Source: Gammaproteobacteria bacterium (GTDB lineage: Bacteria; Pseudomonadota; Gammaproteobacteria; Magnimaribacterales; AG-339-G14). From it: DNA of 64,000 bases. Position 1 is the first letter of the stretch, and each line of letters begins with the position of its first letter. The stretch spans positions 11,754 to 75,753 of the forward strand of contig JBJLHG010000001.1 in the NCBI GenBank assembly GCA_045564455.1, written 5' to 3'. Positions 21,747-32,429 of the stretch are shown here, one piece after another. The notes beneath the pieces were generated by a model. The model was not told the DNA's origin, made no database searches, and worked only from the letters and a program-made list of their open reading frames with translations. Position numbers and translations under genes: made by a program.

Positions 21747-22278
21747 AATCAATGGCTGGATAAAAGAAGCAGAAAAATTTGAGTCGCCAAATCAAAGTGA
21801 TAGGCCAATTGAATCAGATATAAATCTGATTGTAATTCATGGAATTAGTTTGCCTCCAGGAGAATATGGATCAAATAATATTGATAAGTTATTCTTGAAC
21901 AATCTAGACCCAAACGAGCATAAATACTTTAATGAAATTAGTGATCTAAAAGTTTCATCTCACTTTTTAATAGAAAGATCTGGAAAACTAAAACAATTTG
22001 TTTCGATAAAAAATAAAGCTTGGCATGCTGGAGTTTCATCATTTGAGGGTAAAAAAGATTGTAATGATTTCTCTATAGGAATAGAACTTGAAGGGACAGA
22101 TTCTTCTATGTATGAAATTAACCAATACAATAAGTTGATTGATCTATGCAAGACTTTAATGCAAAACTATCCAAATATTAATAAACAAAAAATTGTAGGT
22201 CATTCAGATATCTCTCCGGGAAGAAAAACTGACCCTGGCGAATCATTTGACTGGAATTTTTTTAAATCTAAAATTTAA
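21739..22278 (+). CDS. ampD: 1,6-anhydro-N-acetylmuramyl-L-alanine amidase
   Basis: 179 aa amidase_2 pattern (VIHGISLPPG..., SSHFLIER.G, AWHAG.S, GIELEG, HSDISPGRKTDPG). Confidence 0.8.
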   Translation: MNEINGWIKEAEKFESPNQSDRPIESDINLIVIHGISLPPGEYGSNNIDKLFLNNLDPNEHKYFNEISDLKVSSHFLIERSGKLKQFVSIKNKAWHAGVSSFEGKKDCNDFSIGIELEGTDSSMYEINQYNKLIDLCKTLMQNYPNINKQKIVGHSDISPGRKTDPGESFDWNFFKSKI

Positions 22279-22280
22279 CT

Positions 22281-22763
22281 ATGCCATCATTTGATATTGA
22301 ATCCAAAGTAGATCTCCACGAATTAACAAATGCAGTAGACCAATCTAATAGAATAATAATAAATAGATTTGATTTTAAAGAAGCAAATGCTAGTTTTGAA
22401 TTTTCTAATGATCAAGTGAAATTGATCGCCAATGAAGCATTTCAAATTGATCAGATGATTCCAATCCTCAAAGAAAATCTTGCAAAGAGATCTATTGATC
22501 TTAAGGCTTTGAAAATGGCAGAAAAAGTAATATCAAATAATGTTGCTTCGATGAATGCTGAAATTATTCAAGGAGTTAACAAAGATATTGCTAGAGAAAT
22601 AGTCAAAATGATTAAATCTTCAAAAATTAAAGTTCAAAGCTCAATTCAAGGAGATTGTGTTCGAGTAACAGGAAAGAAAAGAGATGAATTGCAAGAAGTA
22701 ATAAATTTCCTAAAGAAAAACAATATCGAAATACCCTTGCAGTTTGTTAATTTTAGAGACTAA
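22281..22763 (+). CDS. yajQ: YajQ-family nucleotide-binding protein
   Basis: 160 aa. MPSFDIESKVDLHELTNAVDQSNR... is the typical YajQ N-terminus. Confidence 0.85.
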   Translation: MPSFDIESKVDLHELTNAVDQSNRIIINRFDFKEANASFEFSNDQVKLIANEAFQIDQMIPILKENLAKRSIDLKALKMAEKVISNNVASMNAEIIQGVNKDIAREIVKMIKSSKIKVQSSIQGDCVRVTGKKRDELQEVINFLKKNNIEIPLQFVNFRD

Positions 22764-22766
22764 TAT

Positions 22767-24047
22767 ATGACATGGTTAGATTCCTTTAGGAGTTATTTTC
22801 AACCAAGAGTTCTTTTAATCGCTGCTTTGGGCTTCTTATCTGGATTGCCTTTAGGTCTTCTTATAGACCCTCTAAACTACTGGTTAGCAGAAGCTGGTAT
22901 CAATAAATCTACAATCGGCCTTTTATCTCTAGTTTTATTAGCTTATTCGATAAAAATGGTATGGGCTCCTTTAGTTGATAGATTGAGAATTCCTTATCTT
23001 AAATTTTTAGGGCAAAGAAAAAGTTGGCTTTTTCTATCACAGCTTCTAAGTTTTATAACTATTTTAGGTTTGAGTTTCTTGGACCCCCTAACAAATCTAG
23101 AGCTTTTTGTATTTGTTGTTCTTTTATTAAGTATTTTTTCAGCTACTCAAGACATATGTGTAGATGCGTTAAGAATTGAGTTAGTTGACGAGAAAGAAAT
23201 AGGAGAAGCTTCAGCTCTTTATATAATTGGCTATAGAATAGGTGCTATTTTACTATCTCAAGTTTTGACGTTCTATATCGCTGAATCTTACGGATGGAAT
23301 GTAGCATACGGAGTCATGGCTTTCTTGTTTTTTCTTTTTTCTTTAATAATCTTATATGTTCTTCCTGAACCTGAACGAGAAATAAGACCCTATATTTCAC
23401 TATTTGAAAAACCAATATTATGGTTTCAAGATTCATTTATTTCTCCTGTTTCTGATCTTTTTTATAGATACAAAGAGCATCTTGTAATTATTCTTCTATT
23501 GACCTTTACATATCGCTTAAGCGATATGTTTTTAGGACCTATGGCAATGCCTTTCTATCAAGATATGGGTTTTTCAAAAATAGAAGTTGCTGAAATAACT
23601 AATTTTTATGGTTTATGGATGACAATTATTGGTGGATTATTTGCCGGCTTAACTCTTCATAGATTTGGTCTGGTTAAAAATATGGTCTTTGGCGCAATAT
23701 TCGTCCCATTGGCCAATATGCCTTTTATCTATTTAAATTCTGTAGGGCACGATATTAGTGTTCTAGTTCTTACAATAACTATAGATAATTTTTCTCAAGG
23801 TTTTATAGGCGTAGTTGGTATCACTTTTTTATCTAGAATGGTTTCAAAAACCTACACTGCAACACAATATGCTTTACTTTTTGGGTTTGTGGCTATTCCT
23901 CCGCGTTTAATATCTGGATATTCAGGGTTTGTTGTTGAGGATTATGGATACCATAATTTTTTCATAATTTGTGCATTATTAGGTCTCCCGGCAATTATCT
24001 TTTCCATAATGGTTTATAGAAAAAAGGAAATATTTAGTTTTGATTAA
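22767..24047 (+). CDS. ampG: Muropeptide permease AmpG (MFS)
   Basis: 426 aa MFS protein with the WAPLVDR motif. Adjacent to ampD. Confidence 0.8.
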   Translation: MTWLDSFRSYFQPRVLLIAALGFLSGLPLGLLIDPLNYWLAEAGINKSTIGLLSLVLLAYSIKMVWAPLVDRLRIPYLKFLGQRKSWLFLSQLLSFITILGLSFLDPLTNLELFVFVVLLLSIFSATQDICVDALRIELVDEKEIGEASALYIIGYRIGAILLSQVLTFYIAESYGWNVAYGVMAFLFFLFSLIILYVLPEPEREIRPYISLFEKPILWFQDSFISPVSDLFYRYKEHLVIILLLTFTYRLSDMFLGPMAMPFYQDMGFSKIEVAEITNFYGLWMTIIGGLFAGLTLHRFGLVKNMVFGAIFVPLANMPFIYLNSVGHDISVLVLTITIDNFSQGFIGVVGITFLSRMVSKTYTATQYALLFGFVAIPPRLISGYSGFVVEDYGYHNFFIICALLGLPAIIFSIMVYRKKEIFSFD

Positions 24048-24387
24048 AAAAATAGAATTTTTTAATATTTGGGGTTTTCTTTTTTTATTAGCTTTTTCTA
24101 TAAGCACATATGGTCTCTTTTCAGAGCCTCAAGAAGAACGATTCATAAATCTACCAGACAAAATTACGCACTTTATAATGTTTTTAATCCTATCTTTTTT
24201 CTTAATAAAATCTAATAAATATGTTGAGTTTTCATTATTTTTTATAATTTTTTACGCAATTTTATCTGAAATAATTCAATACTACTTGCCTTATAGAGAA
24301 TTTGATTTAATTGATTTATGTTTCAATTTCTTAGGAATAGGAGTTATTTTTTATAAAATTTTTTTTAGGAAACCTCTTGAAAAATAA
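24040..24387 (+). CDS. Small membrane protein, possibly VanZ-like
   Basis: 115 aa with 4 hydrophobic segments and a TTG start overlapping the ampG stop. Weak family guess. Confidence 0.35.
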   Translation: MIKKIEFFNIWGFLFLLAFSISTYGLFSEPQEERFINLPDKITHFIMFLILSFFLIKSNKYVEFSLFFIIFYAILSEIIQYYLPYREFDLIDLCFNFLGIGVIFYKIFFRKPLEK

Positions 24388-24404
24388 AAAGTAGCACCTA
24401 AATA
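24376..24404 (+). promoter_or_regulatory. Candidate sigma-32 (heat-shock) promoter of groESL
   Basis: CTTGAAA (24376-24382), a 12-nt gap, then CACCTAAATA (24395-24404). The consensus I remember is CTTGAAA-N13-15-CCCCATnT. The -10 region is degenerate. Confidence 0.3.
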
Positions 24405-24488
24405 CATATGAGTGTTGTGTAATTGTCTAGTGTTAACTAGAATGCGCGCTAAGTAAATATACTTAAAGTATTTAAAAGGAGATATGAA

Positions 24489-24779
24489 ATGAAATTTAGT
24501 CCACTTGGTGACAAGCTACTTGTAAGAAGAGGCGATGAAGAAGAAACATCTGCTGGAGGTATAGTTTTACCTGGATCAGCAACTGAAAAACCTTCTCAAG
24601 GAGAAGTTCTGGCTATTGGTCCAGGAAAAGTATTAGATAACGGCGATAAATTAGAAGTTTCAGTGAAAGTAGGAGACACAGTGGTTTTTGGTCAGTATGC
24701 AGGTAGCAATACTATTAAAATAGATGGCGAAGAATTATTAATCTTAAGTGATAGCGACCTACTCGGTACGGTATCTTAA
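24489..24779 (+). CDS. groES: Co-chaperonin GroES
   Basis: 96 aa (...[10 protein letters not shown]...[13 protein letters not shown]...). Confidence 0.95.
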   Translation: MKFSPLGDKLLVRRGDEEETSAGGIVLPGSATEKPSQGEVLAIGPGKVLDNGDKLEVSVKVGDTVVFGQYAGSNTIKIDGEELLILSDSDLLGTVS

Positions 24780-24788
24780 AATATTTAA

Positions 24789-26453
<1,665 letters not shown>

Positions 26454-26462
26454 ATTATCTTT

Positions 26463-26499
26463 AAAAAAAAGGACTCTTATTTAAGGGTCCTTTTTTTTA
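26463..26499. terminator. Rho-independent terminator after groEL (A-tract / hairpin / T-tract, potentially bidirectional)
   Basis: aaaaaaaaGGACTCTTatttAAGGGTCCtttttttt. A 10-bp stem including one G-U pair, followed by T8. Confidence 0.7.
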
Positions 26500-26548
26500 T
26501 ATGCAAAAAATTACTTTATAATGTCTTCAACTATTTAGGGAGGTTTTA

Positions 26549-27196
26549 ATGGATTATTTTTTATTTGTTTTATTTAGGTTTCTTCACGTTCTTGTTGGAA
26601 TAGTGTGGATAGGTTTATTGTATTATTTTAATTTTGTTCAAACAGAATATCTGAAAGTAGCTGAGCCAGATGCAAAATCTGATGTTCTAAAAAAATTAGC
26701 GCCTAATGCACTTTGGTGGTTTAGATGGGCAGCTTTCTTTACATTTCTAACTGGTTTATATCTCCTTTATTATCTTCAAGCAGGAGCTTCTGCGATGATT
26801 ATATTGGGAGCCTTAATGGGTACAATAATGATGCTAAATGTTTGGGGTATTATTTGGAGAAATCAAAAAATTGTAATTGGTTTAAAAGAAGGAGACATCG
26901 CTGCAGCTGGAGCAAAAGCTGGATTAGCATCAAGAACTAATACTTTATTTTCAGTTCCAATGCTTTATTTCATGATCTTCTCTGCTCACATGCCAATTGG
27001 TACAGCGCATTATCCAACTTTTATGGAAGGATATAATGGTTTAGGTTTTTTAATAGTTCTTGTTTCAATTCTCTTGATTGAGTTGAATGCAATTTTTGGA
27101 AAAATTTATCCTGTTATAGCTTCAGTTAGAGCAGTAATTACTTCAAGTATTGTTTTGACAATTATTTTTTCAGGATTGCTTTATTACTTAGTCTAA
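26549..27196 (+). CDS. Polytopic membrane protein resembling the N-terminal membrane domain of urate hydroxylase PuuD
   Basis: 215 aa. RFLHVLVGIVWIGLLYYFNF resembles the remembered R-W-V-H-x-x-x-G-x-x-W-I-G pattern. No cytochrome c domain. Confidence 0.4.
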   Translation: MDYFLFVLFRFLHVLVGIVWIGLLYYFNFVQTEYLKVAEPDAKSDVLKKLAPNALWWFRWAAFFTFLTGLYLLYYLQAGASAMIILGALMGTIMMLNVWGIIWRNQKIVIGLKEGDIAAAGAKAGLASRTNTLFSVPMLYFMIFSAHMPIGTAHYPTFMEGYNGLGFLIVLVSILLIELNAIFGKIYPVIASVRAVITSSIVLTIIFSGLLYYLV

Positions 27197-28471
27197 AGCT
27201 TCTTCGTCACGGTCTTGAGACATGAGTTTTAAGACCTTGGCAAATTTAATCATGTTGTCTTTAATCAAGACCGTTTCAATTAAATAACCCTCTATCTCAA
27301 TAGAAATATTAGCTTCAGGTATAGTTTCAGTATTTTCTAAAATTAAACCATTTAATGTTTTTGGGCCAGATAAAGGAAGATTCCAATCTAATTTTCGATT
27401 AATTTCTCTAACAGAAACACTAGCATCAATTAAGTATCCACCATCTTTTTGTTCTTTAATTTCTTCTCTTTCTTCTTCATGAGGATCTGATAATTGTCCA
27501 ACAATTTCCTCGAGAATATCTTTTATGGTTAATATTCCTTTAACAGAACCATACTCATCCAAAACAATGGCAATTGTTTTTTTATCTTTTTGAAAATTAA
27601 ATAACTGTATATTTAAAGAAGTATTCTCTAAAGCAAAATAAACTTGATCAGATTTATCCAAAAGGGTTTCTATACTTTTATCTTCTTCCGATAGAAAAGA
27701 GTTAATTCCATACAAATCTATTATCCCTCTAGTTTCATCTAAATTTTGATCAAATAACGGAAGAAACTCTTTTTTACTATTTTTTAATTGGTTTCTAACA
27801 TCTTTAATATCGTCTGATAGGTCAATTCCTATTATTTCATTTCGAGGGATCATGATTTCATCTACTGAAATCTTGTCTAACTCTAAAATACTTAAAAGCA
27901 TTTCTTGATATCTTACTGGAATTAAATCACCTGAGTTTTCAAGAATGCTCTTTAATTCTTCAGGAGAAATATCTTCATCTGGAGTTCTTCCATCTATTTT
28001 AAGAATTTTAAGCAAGGAATTAGATAGAAAATTAACTATCCATACTAGTGGATAAAGCAATTTTTGAAGTATCTTTAATATCAAGGAAGATGGAAGAGCA
28101 ATTTTTTCTGGATTATTAGCTGCAAAAGTTTTTGGAGTCACTTCTGCAAAAATTAAAATGACCAATGTAAGAATAATGCTTCCAATGAAAACTCCACTAT
28201 TTCCAAATAATTTAAGACATAGGATAGTGGTTAAAGATGCTGCTAAAATATTTACAAAATTATTACCAATTAAAATAATACCTAAAAGCCTATCTGGTCT
28301 TTGGAGCAGTTTATTAGCTCTGATAGCAGATTTATTTTTTTGTTTGATTAAATGTTTTAGTTTAAAACGATTAAGAGCCATCATGCCCGTTTCTGAACTA
28401 GAGAAAAAAGCAGAAAGGCAAAGAAGGATAAATATGCTGGATAGCAGCATCCAGACGGAATATTCGCTCAA
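27188..28471 (-). CDS. CNNM / HlyC-CorC family transporter (DUF21-CBS pair-CorC_HlyC)
   Basis: 427 aa with an N-terminal 4-TM DUF21-like region, central CBS-like segments and a C-terminal CorC domain. Confidence 0.8.
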   Translation of the reverse strand: MSEYSVWMLLSSIFILLCLSAFFSSSETGMMALNRFKLKHLIKQKNKSAIRANKLLQRPDRLLGIILIGNNFVNILAASLTTILCLKLFGNSGVFIGSIILTLVILIFAEVTPKTFAANNPEKIALPSSLILKILQKLLYPLVWIVNFLSNSLLKILKIDGRTPDEDISPEELKSILENSGDLIPVRYQEMLLSILELDKISVDEIMIPRNEIIGIDLSDDIKDVRNQLKNSKKEFLPLFDQNLDETRGIIDLYGINSFLSEEDKSIETLLDKSDQVYFALENTSLNIQLFNFQKDKKTIAIVLDEYGSVKGILTIKDILEEIVGQLSDPHEEEREEIKEQKDGGYLIDASVSVREINRKLDWNLPLSGPKTLNGLILENTETIPEANISIEIEGYLIETVLIKDNMIKFAKVLKLMSQDRDEEALD

Positions 28472-28528
28472 ATTAGTAGGATAAAGCTTTGAAATTAAAC
28501 ATTGTTTTATAATTATATGATGTTTTAC

Positions 28529-28556
28529 TTGAATACAAAATGAATTTACTTAGAAT
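28529..28556 (+). promoter_or_regulatory. Candidate sigma-70 promoter of the rpsP operon
   Basis: TTGAAT (28529-28534), a 16-nt spacer, then TAGAAT (28551-28556), about 30 nt upstream of the rpsP ATG. Confidence 0.4.
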
Positions 28557-28586
28557 AGCCATTCTTAAGACAATATATATTAAATT

Positions 28587-28964
28587 ATGGTAACAATAAG
28601 ACTTTCAAGAGGAGGAGCAAAAAAACGTCCCTTCTATCATATTACTGTCACTGATTCGAGAAAACCCCGTGATGGAAGGTTTATTGAAAGAGTTGGTTTT
28701 TTTAATCCTTTAGCTCAAGGAAATGATGTCAGATTAAAAGTAGATCATGAAAGAGTTAATTATTGGGTTGGAACAGGAGCTTCCTTAAGCGAAAGAGTAG
28801 AGTCACTAATCAAAGAATCAAAATTAACCCCAGAAGAGATAAAAAAAAGTTTAGATAAGAAAGAACAATTAAGGCTAAAAAAATTAGCAAAGAAAAAAGA
28901 AGCTGTAGCCGAAGAAGCTGCACCTGAAGCAGCCGAAGCTCCAGCCGAAGAAGCTCCAGCCTGA
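28587..28964 (+). CDS. rpsP: 30S ribosomal protein S16 with Ala/Glu/Pro-rich C-terminal tail (ORF as encoded; see repeat and +1 extension)
   Basis: [41 protein letters not shown] is canonical S16. The ORF ends at TGA 28962-28964 inside a tandem repeat. Confidence 0.9.
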   Translation: MVTIRLSRGGAKKRPFYHITVTDSRKPRDGRFIERVGFFNPLAQGNDVRLKVDHERVNYWVGTGASLSERVESLIKESKLTPEEIKKSLDKKEQLRLKKLAKKKEAVAEEAAPEAAEAPAEEAPA

Positions 28965-29118
28965 AGCAGCCGCACCTCCAGCCGCCGAAGCTCCAGCCGA
29001 AGAAGCTGCACCTGAAGCAGCCGAAGCTCCAGCCGAAGAAGCTCCAGCCGAAGAAGCTGCACCTGAAGCAGCCGAAGCTCCAGCGGAAGAAGCTCCAGCC
29101 GAAGAAGCTGCACCTGAA
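28911..29118 (+). repeat. GC-rich 51-nt tandem repeat encoding [17 protein letters not shown]
   Basis: Identical copies at 28911-28961 and 28999-29049, a 1-nt variant at 29050-29100, a partial copy from 29101, and an irregular 37-nt unit at 28962-28998. Confidence 0.9.
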
Positions 29119-29163
29119 AGTGAATCAGAAGACTCTCAGGAAAAAACAGATAAATAAGAGTTT

Positions 29164-29667
29164 ATGTTTAACCAAGATGACAAATTCATTTTGGTCGCAT
29201 CTATTGGAAAACCGATAGGTTTGAAAGGCGTTGCAAAAATTAATTCTTTCACAAGACCCCCAGAAAATCTTTTTTCATATAAACGCTTTTATATAGACAC
29301 TAATGGTGAGAAAGAAGAAATCTCTGTCAGCAAATTTTCTAAATCTGGAAAAAACTCAACTATAAAAATTTCTAATGTTAATTCGATAGAGGAAATTGAA
29401 ATTTATAAAAATAAAGATATTTTTATTGAATCTTCAGAATTACCATCTCTAGAAGAAAATGAGTTTTACTGGAAAGATTTAATTGGTAAAAAAGTAAAAA
29501 ACTCTAATGACCTTTTTATCGGTGTTGTTACAGAAATTATAGAAACTGGCTCAAATGATGTTTTAGTTGTAACTAAAGATAAAAAAACTGAATTAGTTCC
29601 TTTTATTTTTGATGAAGTTATAAAAAAAGTTGATGACATATTTATAACAGTAGATTGGGAATTTTAA
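29164..29667 (+). CDS. rimM: Ribosome maturation factor RimM
   Basis: 167 aa (IGKPIGLKGVAKINSFT...; PRC-barrel-like C-terminus). Operon position agrees. Confidence 0.85.
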   Translation: MFNQDDKFILVASIGKPIGLKGVAKINSFTRPPENLFSYKRFYIDTNGEKEEISVSKFSKSGKNSTIKISNVNSIEEIEIYKNKDIFIESSELPSLEENEFYWKDLIGKKVKNSNDLFIGVVTEIIETGSNDVLVVTKDKKTELVPFIFDEVIKKVDDIFITVDWEF

Positions 29668-30450
29668 TTGAAAGTTTTTTTTATAAGTATTTTCCCTGAA
29701 TTAATAGATTCTCTAACAAAAAATGGAGTGATAAAAAATGCTCTAGAGAAATCTATTATTGAATATGAGATATTAAATCCGATAGACTTTTTAAAAGGCA
29801 AAGAAAGGGTGGATGATAAGCCTTATGGAGGAGGCCCAGGAATGCTCATGAAGGCTCAACCATTAGAAAAATCTATTATAAAAGCTAAAGAAAAATCCTC
29901 AAATAATACAAAAGTTATTTACATGACTCCTCAAGGAGAAAAATTTTCACAAAAAAAATCTAAATCTTTTTCTAAAGAAGAAAATCTAATTTTTATTTGC
30001 GGAAGGTACGAAGGCATAGATCAAAGAATTATTGATAACTTTGTCGATGAAGAGATAAGTATCGGTGATTATGTGCTTACGGGAGGAGAGATCCCTGCGC
30101 TCGTAGTTTTTGATGCCGTGGTTAGAAATATTGAAGGAGTATTAGGAGATATTGAATCTGCTAAAGAAGAATCTCACTCTAACGAAATGATTGAATATCC
30201 TCAGTATACGAGACCCGAAAAAAGTAATTTAGGAAATGTTCCTGAAGTCTTAATATCTGGTAATCATAAGAAAATATATGATTGGAGAAGAAAGCAATCA
30301 TTAGGAAAAACCTTTTTAACTAGACCTGATATTTTTAAGTCTAGATTAGATAAAAAAGATTTTTCACTATTAGAAGAATTTCTTAGTGACCTAGGATATG
30401 AATCTGATAGAATTGCCGACCTAATACAGATATATAAAAAAAATGACTAG
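29668..30450 (+). CDS. trmD: tRNA (guanine37-N1)-methyltransferase
   Basis: 260 aa with a TTG start (ISIFPELI..., [33 protein letters not shown]). Confidence 0.9.
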   Translation: MKVFFISIFPELIDSLTKNGVIKNALEKSIIEYEILNPIDFLKGKERVDDKPYGGGPGMLMKAQPLEKSIIKAKEKSSNNTKVIYMTPQGEKFSQKKSKSFSKEENLIFICGRYEGIDQRIIDNFVDEEISIGDYVLTGGEIPALVVFDAVVRNIEGVLGDIESAKEESHSNEMIEYPQYTRPEKSNLGNVPEVLISGNHKKIYDWRRKQSLGKTFLTRPDIFKSRLDKKDFSLLEEFLSDLGYESDRIADLIQIYKKND

Positions 30451-30796
30451 TTCAAGAAAAGCAGTTCAAATAGTAGAAACACCTCAGTTGAAAGCTGATA
30501 TTACTAATTTTTCTCAAGGAGATACCGTCCTAGTGGATTATTTAGTCAGAGAAGGCTCAAAAGAAAGGTTTCAGCCATATGAAGGTGTTGTTATTGCTAT
30601 TAAAAATAGAGGTTTAAATTCATCTTTTACTGTTAGAAAGATTTCTAATGGAGTAGGTGTTGAGAGAACCTTTCAAACTCATAGTCCTTTAATTAAATCC
30701 ATTACAAGAAAAAGGAAGGGAAAAGTAAGACAATCAAAGCTTTTTTACCTGAGGGAAAGATCCGGAAGATCAGCTCGAATAAAAGAAAAAGTCTAA
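30443..30796 (+). CDS. rplS: 50S ribosomal protein L19
   Basis: 117 aa (FSQGDTV.V...[16 protein letters not shown]..., [13 protein letters not shown]). Confidence 0.9.
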   Translation: MTSSRKAVQIVETPQLKADITNFSQGDTVLVDYLVREGSKERFQPYEGVVIAIKNRGLNSSFTVRKISNGVGVERTFQTHSPLIKSITRKRKGKVRQSKLFYLRERSGRSARIKEKV

Positions 30797-30806
30797 CCTA
30801 GTCAAT

Positions 30807-31706
30807 ATGGATAGAAAAGAAAGGCAAAATCTTGATGCCTTTATCGATACTATTTGGATAGAAAAAGGACTAAGCGTAAACACATTAAATTCTTATAAGA
30901 GTGATTTAGAAAAATATTTTCAGTGGCTTTCTATAAATTCTTTATCCTTTAAGGAAGTCTCAAGATCAGAGATACTTCTCTATCTATCATTTCTATTTAA
31001 AAGCAAACTTGGAAGCAAGTCCGTAGCTAGAAAGCTCTCATCTTTGAGATCTTTTTATAAGTTTTTAGTAGTTAAAAATATTCTTTCAAGCGATCCTTGT
31101 GAAAAAGTTGAAACTCCCAAAGTAATAAAATCTATTCCAAAAACTCTCACAGAAGATGAGGTTGAGAAATTACTAGAAGCTCCCGATATTAATTCCTCCT
31201 TGGGCATGAGGGATAAAACTATGATAGAAACTCTATATTCCTGCGGTCTGAGGGTATCGGAATTAATAGGTTTAGAATTAATACATGTAAATTTAAGACA
31301 AGGAGTAATGAAGATTTTGGGAAAAGGTCAGAAAGAAAGATTAGTTCCTATGAGTGAAAAATTAATCAGTTTGATGGATTCTTACTTAGTAGAAAGCCGA
31401 TTAAAATTATTAAATAAAAAAAATTCTAATTATTTTTTTATCTCAACTAGGGGAGATAAAATGACCAGACAAAGTTTTTGGCATAGAATTAAATTTTATG
31501 CAAATAAAGCAAATTTAAGTTCTAAAAATATTTCTCCACATGTTTTAAGACATGCTTTTGCAACTCATTTGCTTAATAATGGAGCTGATCTAAGAGTAGT
31601 TCAGCTTTTATTGGGTCATAATGACTTAAATACTACTCAGATCTATACAGAAGTTGCAAAATATAGATTGAAACAACTTCATAATGAACATCATCCAAGA
31701 GGCTAA
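30807..31706 (+). CDS. xerD: Site-specific tyrosine recombinase XerD
   Basis: 299 aa (GLRVSELIGL, HVLRHAFATHLL, LLGH...TTQIYT). Chromosomal context, not phage-like. Confidence 0.85.
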   Translation: MDRKERQNLDAFIDTIWIEKGLSVNTLNSYKSDLEKYFQWLSINSLSFKEVSRSEILLYLSFLFKSKLGSKSVARKLSSLRSFYKFLVVKNILSSDPCEKVETPKVIKSIPKTLTEDEVEKLLEAPDINSSLGMRDKTMIETLYSCGLRVSELIGLELIHVNLRQGVMKILGKGQKERLVPMSEKLISLMDSYLVESRLKLLNKKNSNYFFISTRGDKMTRQSFWHRIKFYANKANLSSKNISPHVLRHAFATHLLNNGADLRVVQLLLGHNDLNTTQIYTEVAKYRLKQLHNEHHPRG

Positions 31707-32423
31707 ATGAATAAAATTTACTTAAGTCTATTATCTTTCGCTTTGCTTAGTTGCGCAGGTGAAAATAATAATTTTTCAGTTATTAAAGAAAAAATGTCAC
31801 AAATAATTCCAGCAGAACTAGAAATTGATTCAATCCAGAGATCTGAAGTAGAAAATTTTTATGAGATCGAACTTTCAGATAAATCCTTTTTCTATGTCGA
31901 AGAAAATGCTCAATACTTATTCTTAGGAGATATATATAAATTAGGAGAGAATGAATTAATTAATATTTCTCAACAAAAAAAATTCTCTTCTTCTCAAGAG
32001 ATGTTAAAAAAAATAAATCCAGAATCTCTAATTTCTTTTACGCCTGAATTAATTAAATATAAAATTTATGTTTTTACTGATGTCGATTGTGGTTTTTGTA
32101 GAAAATTTCACAATCAGATTGATTCTTATTTAAACGAAGGAATTCAAATAAATTATTTAGCATTTCCCAGATCAGGGATTGAAAGTAAAACTTATAAAAA
32201 GATGACTACCGCTTGGTGTTCCGATGATCGTCAAAAAGTTTTGACTGGCTTAAAGAACGACGAAGTTTTTGATCAAATTGATTGTGAGGACAATCCAATT
32301 AAAGAGCATTATCAATTAGCAAAAAGTATAGATATACAAGGTACGCCTACTATAATTTCTTCAACAGGATTAACAATTCCTGGCTTTATTGAAGCTAAAG
32401 AAATTGTAGAATACTTAAAATAA
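31707..32423 (+). CDS. dsbC: Thiol:disulfide interchange protein DsbC-like (possible lipoprotein)
   Basis: 238 aa with a CGFC active site, a second Cys pair and a GTPT cis-Pro loop. The N-terminus ...FALLSCAGE resembles a lipobox. Confidence 0.75.
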   Translation: MNKIYLSLLSFALLSCAGENNNFSVIKEKMSQIIPAELEIDSIQRSEVENFYEIELSDKSFFYVEENAQYLFLGDIYKLGENELINISQQKKFSSSQEMLKKINPESLISFTPELIKYKIYVFTDVDCGFCRKFHNQIDSYLNEGIQINYLAFPRSGIESKTYKKMTTAWCSDDRQKVLTGLKNDEVFDQIDCEDNPIKEHYQLAKSIDIQGTPTIISSTGLTIPGFIEAKEIVEYLK

Positions 32424-32429
32424 AAAACC

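Noticed and set aside
24391-24418. CIRCE-like element upstream of groES (GTAGCACCT-N10-GAGTGTTGT vs TTAGCACTC-N9-GAGTGCTAA)
   Set aside because: Only about 6/9 matches per half-site, with the wrong spacer length. The two halves pair poorly with each other (3-5 bp). HrcA/CIRCE control is not expected in a gammaproteobacterium that shows a sigma-32-like -35 element at the same place.
28760-29113. 117-aa minus-strand ORF (MQLLRLELLPLELRLL...) over the S16 repeat region
   Set aside because: It is the antisense shadow of the GC-rich, stop-poor Ala/Glu/Pro repeat. It lies opposite a ribosomal protein gene, has no RBS, and its periodic Leu/Arg/Gln sequence simply mirrors the repeat.
28911-29118. 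Tandem repeat considered as a CRISPR array or other non-coding repeat
   Set aside because: The units are contiguous with no spacers. They have a length divisible by three (51 nt) and encode a sensible Ala/Glu/Pro tail continuous with S16. This is a coding repeat, not a CRISPR array.
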